Source of the DNA: an uncultured Verrucomicrobia subdivision 3 bacterium
GTDB lineage: Bacteria; Verrucomicrobiota; Verrucomicrobiia; Limisphaerales; UBA11358
Reading direction: 5' to 3'
Length of the DNA: 33,883 bases
Assembly (NCBI GenBank): GCA_903861445.1
Contig: CAIOUK010000072.1
Span: 1 to 33,883, forward strand
The position numbers and the translations under genes were made by a program. Of this stretch, positions 16,675 to 24,136 are shown one piece after another. Every line of letters starts with the position of its first letter. Position 1 is the first letter of the stretch. Under the pieces are notes generated by a model. That model was not told where the DNA came from, did no database searches, and saw nothing but the letters and a program-made list of their open reading frames with translations.

Positions 16675-19383
16675 ATGGCATCACAGCTTTCAAAAATATT
16701 GGCGATTAGCGTCTTGCTGGTGGCCATGTGTTCGGTCGCTGCTGGTGCAACCGTTTCCGTGACCGACTTGCGGTGTGAGTATCTGGCCGAGCCGCCGGGC
16801 ATTGACACGCCATTGCCGCGCTTCAGTTGGAAGCTGGTGGACGCTGCGAAAACGCGCGGGCAGCGGCAGACGGCTTGCCAGATTATCGTGGAAACGGCAA
16901 CCGGGGCGGCGGCAGCGAAAAAAGTTTTGTGGGATTCGGGCAAAATTACGTCTGCCAATTCGGTGAACTTTGAATATGGCGGCACGCCGCTGACTTCAGG
17001 GCAGACCTGTTTCTGGAAAGTGCGGGTTTGGGACAAAGATGGCAACCCGACGGAATGGAGTGCGCCGGCGCGGTTTTCCATCGGTCTGCTTCAGCCGGCG
17101 GATTGGGAAGGCGATTGGATTCGGTTCAAGGAAGCCGACAATGTCAAGCACATCTGGTATCGAAAAAGTTTTTCCTTGAAGGACGTGCCGGCTTCCGCGT
17201 TTGTTTATCTCGCTTCGATTGGTTACCACGAGTTGTATGTGAATGGCGAGCGGATCGGTGACCGCGTGCTCACGCCCGAAATCACGGACTTGGAGAAGCG
17301 CGTCATCTACGTCACCTACGACATCACGAGCAAGCTGCGCGCGGGTGACAACGTGATCGCGGTCTGGACCGGACCGGGCTGGGCGCGGGCCGATGGTTCT
17401 TATGGCAAAAAAATCTGGAAACAGGACTCCATCTTTAATTGTCAGGTCAACTTATCAAATGACATGAAGCTGCACTCGGACGCGAGCTGGAAATGCCGAA
17501 TCAGTTCCAGCGAAAATCTCGGACTTTGGAAGGGCGGCGGCAAAGGAGAATACGGCGGCGAACTAGTTGACGCCCGGCGCGAGGTGCCGGACTGGAATCA
17601 GCCCGCTTACGATGACAGCGGCTGGAGCAACGCGTCTGTCTATCAGAAATCCATCATCCTGTCCGCGACGATGCAGGAGCCGGACCGCAAGATTGAAATG
17701 TTGAAGCCGGTATCCATGACAGAAACGAATGGCGAATACACTTTCGATCTGGGCCGGAACTTTACCGGGTGGATTGAGTTCGATTTGCGTAACGGCAAGG
17801 CTGGGGAAGTGGTGAAATTTCTGACCGCCAACCGGCCGGGAACCAAAATTGATTTCAAGCAGGAAAGCCGATACATCTACAACACCAACGGCACTGGCAC
17901 ATTTCGCCATCGCTTCAACTACTGCGCCGGGCGCTGGATCACCGTTGCCGGGCTTTCTTACAAACCGGATTTGAAAGACCTGCGTTGTTACATCGTCACG
18001 AACGACCGCAAACGGATCGGGAGCTTTAATTGCTCAAAGGAACTCTTCAACCAGATTTATGAAACCGACTTGCGGACTTATCTGGCGTGCACTGTCAACG
18101 GCGTGACCATGGATTGTCCGCATCGCGAGCGGTTTGGTTACGGCGAGGTCGCGCTGGCCTGCACCTGGGGCTGCGGCATGCCGAACTTTGAATCCGCGCC
18201 GTATTATCGCAAGGCCGCGCGCGACTGGTTTGACGTGCAGCGCGCGGACGGTTTCGTCAACACCATCGCGCCGCAGGTCTACAAAGGTGCGGGCGGCACG
18301 CTTTGGAGCAGTGCACCGATCACCTTGAGCTGGGAGTTTTACAAAGCTTACGGCGACCGGCGATTTTTGGCGGAAGCTTATTCGCCAATGAAAAAATGGC
18401 TGGATTACTTGAACCACGCGGTTTCAGCCGAAGGCGTGCTGACGAACTACGCCGGCGCAGCGCGGTTTCTCGGCGACTGGGCGACGCCGCACGGCAGCGA
18501 ATATGGCAACACGCCAGCGGCGCAGTTGTTCAACAACGGTGTGTATGCTTACGGCCTCGGAGTGTTGGTTGAGTCGGCAAAAATTTTGGGCAATCCGGAA
18601 GATGTAAAAATTTATTCGGCGCGGCTGGAGGAGTTGCGGAAGAATGTTCACCGCCACTTTTTTAATGCGGACAGTAAGACCTACATTGACGGACGGCAAC
18701 TGGCGATGGCCTTCCCGCTCTACACTGGCATTACGCCGGCGAGCGAACGCGCGGCGGTGTTCAAGAATTTCGCGGATGAGATTAACCGCAAAGGCTATCT
18801 CGACACGGGCAGTTCCGGTCTGCCCATTCTGCTGAAGTTCATCGTTGAAGATGCGGAGCGTGCTGATCTCCTGTTCCCGAGTTTGGCGCGAACGGAAGCT
18901 CCGAGTTACGGCTTCTTTCTGAAATCCGGCGAGACGACGTGGCCGGAATATTGGAAGGGGGAAGACTTGTTCAGCCGCATCCACACTTGTTACACGGGCA
19001 TCGCCGGTTATTTCATCAAGGCGATTGGCGGCATCCGGCCTGACCCATCGGCTTGGGGAATGCAGCAGTTTCTCCTCAAGCCCAGCCTTGTCGGTGATTT
19101 GACTTACGCGAACACCAGCAGCGGTTCGTATTATGGCAACATCGTATGCAACTGGGCCCGCACGGGGAACACCGCGACGTTCGACGTGGAAATTCCGCCG
19201 AATACGACCGCGAAAGTTTTCATTCCCGCCGCGAAAGTGGACGACGTGCGCGAAGGCTCCAGCCCCGCCGCAAGTGCCGAGGGCGTTTTCTATCTCGGTC
19301 AGGAAAGTGGTTGCGCCGTGTTTTCTGTTTCGTCTGGGGCGTATCGGTTTAATAGTTCATCGGTTCCCGCGCGGGCGAAATAA
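16675..19383 (+). CDS. GH78 alpha-L-rhamnosidase-family protein
   Basis: Signal peptide; LRCEYL.EP.GID.P.PRFSW, WDSGK, FDLGRNFTGW, DCPHRER, LGDW, TTWPEYW, VEIPPNTTA. Confidence 0.9.
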   Translation: MASQLSKILAISVLLVAMCSVAAGATVSVTDLRCEYLAEPPGIDTPLPRFSWKLVDAAKTRGQRQTACQIIVETATGAAAAKKVLWDSGKITSANSVNFEYGGTPLTSGQTCFWKVRVWDKDGNPTEWSAPARFSIGLLQPADWEGDWIRFKEADNVKHIWYRKSFSLKDVPASAFVYLASIGYHELYVNGERIGDRVLTPEITDLEKRVIYVTYDITSKLRAGDNVIAVWTGPGWARADGSYGKKIWKQDSIFNCQVNLSNDMKLHSDASWKCRISSSENLGLWKGGGKGEYGGELVDARREVPDWNQPAYDDSGWSNASVYQKSIILSATMQEPDRKIEMLKPVSMTETNGEYTFDLGRNFTGWIEFDLRNGKAGEVVKFLTANRPGTKIDFKQESRYIYNTNGTGTFRHRFNYCAGRWITVAGLSYKPDLKDLRCYIVTNDRKRIGSFNCSKELFNQIYETDLRTYLACTVNGVTMDCPHRERFGYGEVALACTWGCGMPNFESAPYYRKAARDWFDVQRADGFVNTIAPQVYKGAGGTLWSSAPITLSWEFYKAYGDRRFLAEAYSPMKKWLDYLNHAVSAEGVLTNYAGAARFLGDWATPHGSEYGNTPAAQLFNNGVYAYGLGVLVESAKILGNPEDVKIYSARLEELRKNVHRHFFNADSKTYIDGRQLAMAFPLYTGITPASERAAVFKNFADEINRKGYLDTGSSGLPILLKFIVEDAERADLLFPSLARTEAPSYGFFLKSGETTWPEYWKGEDLFSRIHTCYTGIAGYFIKAIGGIRPDPSAWGMQQFLLKPSLVGDLTYANTSSGSYYGNIVCNWARTGNTATFDVEIPPNTTAKVFIPAAKVDDVREGSSPAASAEGVFYLGQESGCAVFSVSSGAYRFNSSSVPARAK

Positions 19384-19399
19384 AATGGCCGAGTGAACC

Positions 19400-22300
19400 G
19401 TGAAACGAAATATGAAAAACCGGATTGATAGGAGCATATTTCGGATGGATAGTGGCGGGATGCAAGTTGCCTGTCGTAAAAGTTTTCTGTCCGCGTGCTT
19501 GTTCGTTTTCAGCATGGCGTCGATGGCGGTGGCGCAGTCGGCGCCGGATCTCACGGTGGGCACCAACCGCTTCACGGTCTACACCAATAGCCAATACTAC
19601 ATGGGTGGCCAATTTTTTACCTACAACTTGGGACCCACGGGACTGCGCGGCTGGATTTACGCATTGGGTCCGAGTTCACTGGATCAATTTACTTCCATTG
19701 CACCCTGGCAGATTCTGGTCACCTCGGTGGGCACCAACACGCCGGCGGTTGGCTTCCTCCAAACCAACGATGTCATTTTGGGGGTGGCGGCCGGATTGCC
19801 GCCGGCACCGCTCTTTACGAATGATTCGCGCATTGTGCTGGGCAACGCCATCACCGCCGCCGAGGCCGGCAACGGCAAACTTAGTTTTCTGGTGAACCGC
19901 TACGGCGTCAGCACCAACATGAATTTTACCATTCAGTTGCGGATGACCAACATGGCCTACAGCGGCACTGCGCCGTATAACTGCCCTAAGTCGGCGTTGA
20001 TTCTGTCCAATGCCTTGAATGTGATCAGCCAGCGGAATGGGGGTTCGCAGGCTTTAGCATTATTAGCCAGTGGTAACACCAATTACCTGCCTCAAGTGCA
20101 GAGTTATGCGCGCTCGATTGCGCCGGCGAACCTCGTGTTGGGATGGCCGACTTATCAGGGCGTGGGGGGCGGGGATGATACCTGGACCATGGGATACAAT
20201 GGGCTGTTGCTCGCTGAGTATTATATGGTGACCCACGATTCACAGGTGACCAATGCGTTGACGCAATATATCGTGGGGCTCGCCAAAAGTGATACGATGT
20301 GGGGCTGTTACGGTCATGGTGGCGCGAAAGTTATGCCTTATCATGTGGCCGCCGGAGTGCATGGTTATGGTTCGGGCTATGGCCCGGTCAATGCCTGCGG
20401 TTTGCTTTGCAAGTTGGCCATGGCGGTAGCCCAGAAGACTGGTATTCCGAGCATCGTGAACAACCCGGAATTCCAGCCGGCCATTAATCGCTCCATTAAT
20501 TTTTACGGCTACTATGTCCAAAAGGGCATGGTTCCTTATGGGGAAATGCCACCGTATTGGGATAATTATCATCCGGTCGGCAAGGATGGTTTGGCCGCCT
20601 TGTTCTTTGGGGTGTTGAGCAATCAAACGACTCAAGCCCAGTATTTCACGCGGATGAGCCTGGCGTCTTACTATTCCCGGGAAACCGGACATAACGGCTC
20701 GGGTTGGGGCTTGTGCTGGGACACGCTGGGCACAGTCATGGGCGGCACCAACGCTGCGGCCGCCTTTTCCGCCAACGCCCGTTGGCAATTGGAACTGGCT
20801 CGCCGTTGTGATGGTTCTTTTGCTTACGATTGCACCAGTGACACAATCAGCACGACTTCAGACTACTGGGGCTATGAAGACTATCAAGGCTTCTTGGATC
20901 CCACCGCATGGAATGCGCTGTTCCTGTCCGCGCCCAAGCAGGCGCTCTACATCACCGGCAAGAACGCCAACCCGTCGAATTACCTTACCGATGCCGCCGT
21001 GTCCAATGCAGTCTGGGCGGGGCAATGGCTCGCGAACGTGTCGAGCTATACCACGAACCAACTCATCGCCAATTTGAGCGAGTATCAGCCGACAGTGCGT
21101 CATGCGGCGGCGCAGCAACTGGCCGCCCTGTGCGCGACCAACGCAGCAATCAGCAACGCGGTTGCGCCGACGCTGATTATGTTGACGACCAACAGCAATC
21201 CGTGGACGCGCGAAGCAGCCTGCGACGCGCTCGGCAGCATGAAGTGCACAAATGCGCTTAACGCATTGGCGGCGCGGATGTATGACACTGATGTGTGGGT
21301 GCGCTTCAACGCAAATAATGCGCTGGACCAATTGGGCACGGCGGCCCTGCCGCAGTTGACGAACATCATGACGGCGTTCACCACCTACGCCTCACCGGAT
21401 CCATTGGTATCAATCAACTGGAATGATCCCTGCGGCTGGGGCAACGGTTATCTGGCTCACCTCCTGTTCAATACGCTCGCCAACAATACCATCGCTCAAA
21501 GCGTGGATCTGTTGTATCCGGCGGTCAATGCCGGATTGCTGGGACAACCAGATCGAATGGAGCAATCTCAAATAGGTCCTTTTCTCAAAAATCAGTTAAG
21601 CTGGCAGGATGTGCAGGCGGTGGCTCCGGCGCTGATGGTGGTCGGGAGCAAGATGGCACAAGCCGACCCGATGTGGGACGGCGCGGAGGCCGACGCGCTC
21701 GCGTGTCTGGCCAAATTCGGAGTCCCTGAAGGCTTGGCCGCACTCGCAGTGACGACCGACTCCGGGATAACATTCGATGGTGCCGGCAGGTTGACGCAAG
21801 CTTACCAGACCTACGGCACCGAAGCCGCCCAACTGCTGCCCACGCTGTATAATATGGAAACGACTGGCCAATCTAATGGTTGTGCCGGGTTAATTGCGGC
21901 GCTCCAGGCCAACGTCAACAATTTGCCGGCCGTGAACAGTTTCGTGCAGTTCTCCGTGGCGTCGGCGACGCCTTCCGCCGTCGGCATGGCGGCGGCTACC
22001 AACGTGGTTCTGAACGTGGCCGCATCCGATCTGAGTGGATGGAATCTACACTACGCGTGGTCGGTTGCGCAGGGACCGGGCACGGTCAGCTTTAGTAATC
22101 CGACCAACGCCAGCTGCACCGCTTCGTTTTCTGCTCCGGGAGTCTATGTCTTGCAAGTGGCGGCCGCGCCCGTCATGGACCGAAATCTTTTTTGGGATCC
22201 CGCCATTCCGGGCGCGATGTTCATGTGGGGTGATCCGACCTGGACATTTAATACCTGGACCAATTTTTATGGCGCATCCTACACCAATGTGCTCGTCACC

Positions 22301-24136
22301 GTCCTCGGCCCGCCGAGTGTCAACAATGCGGGTGGCGTAATCAAGCAGACGGCGACTTCCGCCGCCCTGCAAGGGTTGCTGACGGCCGGAGGCGGAGCAA
22401 ACGCCTGGTTTTGCTGGGGTGATCATGATGCCGGCACCAACAGTCCCAATGCGTGGGATGCGATCCAGACTGCGGGCACCGTGTCCGAGGGGACGGTATT
22501 TTCAGCCACGGTGACCGGACTCGCCACCAACAAAACTTATTTTTACCGCTGCTTTGTAACCAACGTAACCGGTCAGGCTTGGTCGGCTGCCGCCACCAGC
22601 TTCAGCGCCGTGCCGGCCAACGGCGGTTCTGGATACAACATGCAGATTTCTTTTACCAACTACAATCGGGCCGAGACCTTAACCAACTTCCCGCTGCTGG
22701 TGGTGCTCAGCAACGGCATGGCGGGAGCCACATTCGACTTTGGCACCTTTCTGACGACCAACGGCTATGACCTGCGGTTCACTGACAGCACCGGGCTGAC
22801 TAACTTGAACTACGAAATTGAAAGTTGGTCCGGCGCCAGTGCCAATGTCTGGGTGCAAGTGCCACGGTTCAATAGTAACTGCTCCATTTGGGCGAAGTGG
22901 GGGAATATTTCACAGACTAATCAGCCGGCTTATACCACTAATGGCGCGACTTGGGATAGCACCTTTAGAGGGGTCTGGCATTTTCCGGCCGGTGCAAGCC
23001 TTTCGGTGTTAGATTCGACAAGTAACAAGAACAACGGCACTAACTTTTCAGCTACAGCCGCTCAAGGAGCGGTGGGCGGAGGAATATATGCAGCATCAGG
23101 GCAATATATCGACCTGCCGAACAAGAATAACAGCTTGGACATATCTGCTGGAGACTGGACTATGCAAGCGTGGGCGAAACCCACCGCCTCTCTTCATTGG
23201 GTCAATCTCGTGTGTGCTAATAATTATTACGGTATTGCGGGGGGGGCAAATTCGCGGTGGAGTTTGCTGCAAGCTGACAACATTGTAGCCTGCGCAGATA
23301 GTGTTCCGGATGGTTCATTTCAGCATATGATGGCGACGCATTCCGGAACCAACAATAATTTTTACATAAATGGGTCTCTTCAGTCTTCAGTTTATCCTGA
23401 CAACAATTATTATTTTGGCCACCCATATTGCATCGGGCTTGGCTATTCTTCTTTTGCTGGTTCGATTGATGAAGTTCGCATCGAGGGTGTGGCTCGTTCG
23501 TCCAACTGGGTCTGGGCTTGTTACATGAACATGGCTTCTAACTCATTCTTCAATACGCCGAGTCCGGTCACATCATTCTGGTTATCTGCACCCATCGCGA
23601 ACCTGGCTCCGACCGGCATTACGACTAATTCCGCCACGCTGAATGCGGCCATGTCGGTTCCCGTCACAAACTATGCAGTGACCGTTTACTGGGGCACCAC
23701 TAACGGTGGAACCAATGCTGGCGCGTGGACGAATAGTGCATCCGTTGGTTCCTGGACCAATGTGGCGCTGACTAACATCGCGTATCAGGTCAGCGGGTTG
23801 TCGCCTGGAACGAAATACTATTACGCCTTCCGGGCGACGAATGCTTCGACCAACGTGTGGGCCACGCCAAGCTGGCAGTTTTTGACCTTGAATGTCAATG
23901 GCGCTGCCACGCCTGGGAAGTTCAAGGGTGTCAGCATAAGCGGGAGAATGTTGGGGCTGGTGGTGACGAACGGAACACCGGGCGGCTCATGGACCTTGCT
24001 GCAAAGCACGAACCTGGCACAGCCGATAAGCCAATGGCAGACCAACTGCACGGGCACCTACGATGGCAGCGGCAATCTCTCCACAAACATCGCCAACATA
24101 GTCACCAACCGCATGGGTTTTTACCTCCTGAAATAA
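19400..24136 (+). CDS. Large secreted modular protein: DUF6288-like domain, HEAT repeats, PKD/Ig-like, FN3-like, DUF2341, LamG, FN3-like, C-terminal sorting-like domain
   Basis: YNLGPTGLRGWIY, GYGPVN, RETGH.G, LARRCDGSF (DUF6288-like, from recall); VRHAAAQQL/TREAACDALG/VRFNANNAL HEAT repeats; YAWS.AQGPGTVSF PKD; TLTNFPLLV...DLRF...LNYEIE DUF2341; FAGSIDEVRI LamG. The true start may be a downstream Met (19421-19460). Confidence 0.78.
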   Translation: MKRNMKNRIDRSIFRMDSGGMQVACRKSFLSACLFVFSMASMAVAQSAPDLTVGTNRFTVYTNSQYYMGGQFFTYNLGPTGLRGWIYALGPSSLDQFTSIAPWQILVTSVGTNTPAVGFLQTNDVILGVAAGLPPAPLFTNDSRIVLGNAITAAEAGNGKLSFLVNRYGVSTNMNFTIQLRMTNMAYSGTAPYNCPKSALILSNALNVISQRNGGSQALALLASGNTNYLPQVQSYARSIAPANLVLGWPTYQGVGGGDDTWTMGYNGLLLAEYYMVTHDSQVTNALTQYIVGLAKSDTMWGCYGHGGAKVMPYHVAAGVHGYGSGYGPVNACGLLCKLAMAVAQKTGIPSIVNNPEFQPAINRSINFYGYYVQKGMVPYGEMPPYWDNYHPVGKDGLAALFFGVLSNQTTQAQYFTRMSLASYYSRETGHNGSGWGLCWDTLGTVMGGTNAAAAFSANARWQLELARRCDGSFAYDCTSDTISTTSDYWGYEDYQGFLDPTAWNALFLSAPKQALYITGKNANPSNYLTDAAVSNAVWAGQWLANVSSYTTNQLIANLSEYQPTVRHAAAQQLAALCATNAAISNAVAPTLIMLTTNSNPWTREAACDALGSMKCTNALNALAARMYDTDVWVRFNANNALDQLGTAALPQLTNIMTAFTTYASPDPLVSINWNDPCGWGNGYLAHLLFNTLANNTIAQSVDLLYPAVNAGLLGQPDRMEQSQIGPFLKNQLSWQDVQAVAPALMVVGSKMAQADPMWDGAEADALACLAKFGVPEGLAALAVTTDSGITFDGAGRLTQAYQTYGTEAAQLLPTLYNMETTGQSNGCAGLIAALQANVNNLPAVNSFVQFSVASATPSAVGMAAATNVVLNVAASDLSGWNLHYAWSVAQGPGTVSFSNPTNASCTASFSAPGVYVLQVAAAPVMDRNLFWDPAIPGAMFMWGDPTWTFNTWTNFYGASYTNVLVTVLGPPSVNNAGGVIKQTATSAALQGLLTAGGGANAWFCWGDHDAGTNSPNAWDAIQTAGTVSEGTVFSATVTGLATNKTYFYRCFVTNVTGQAWSAAATSFSAVPANGGSGYNMQISFTNYNRAETLTNFPLLVVLSNGMAGATFDFGTFLTTNGYDLRFTDSTGLTNLNYEIESWSGASANVWVQVPRFNSNCSIWAKWGNISQTNQPAYTTNGATWDSTFRGVWHFPAGASLSVLDSTSNKNNGTNFSATAAQGAVGGGIYAASGQYIDLPNKNNSLDISAGDWTMQAWAKPTASLHWVNLVCANNYYGIAGGANSRWSLLQADNIVACADSVPDGSFQHMMATHSGTNNNFYINGSLQSSVYPDNNYYFGHPYCIGLGYSSFAGSIDEVRIEGVARSSNWVWACYMNMASNSFFNTPSPVTSFWLSAPIANLAPTGITTNSATLNAAMSVPVTNYAVTVYWGTTNGGTNAGAWTNSASVGSWTNVALTNIAYQVSGLSPGTKYYYAFRATNASTNVWATPSWQFLTLNVNGAATPGKFKGVSISGRMLGLVVTNGTPGGSWTLLQSTNLAQPISQWQTNCTGTYDGSGNLSTNIANIVTNRMGFYLLK

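Noticed and set aside
22555-22580. Additional TGTAAC hexamer
   Set aside because: It lies deep inside a CDS, with no CGTC at 16-18 nt spacing.
23857-24135. N-terminal extension of the GH2 ORF (likewise 13896-14021, 13190-13255 and 8091-8144 for other genes)
   Set aside because: These overlap upstream genes or remnants, or precede the evident signal peptides; downstream ATGs fit better.
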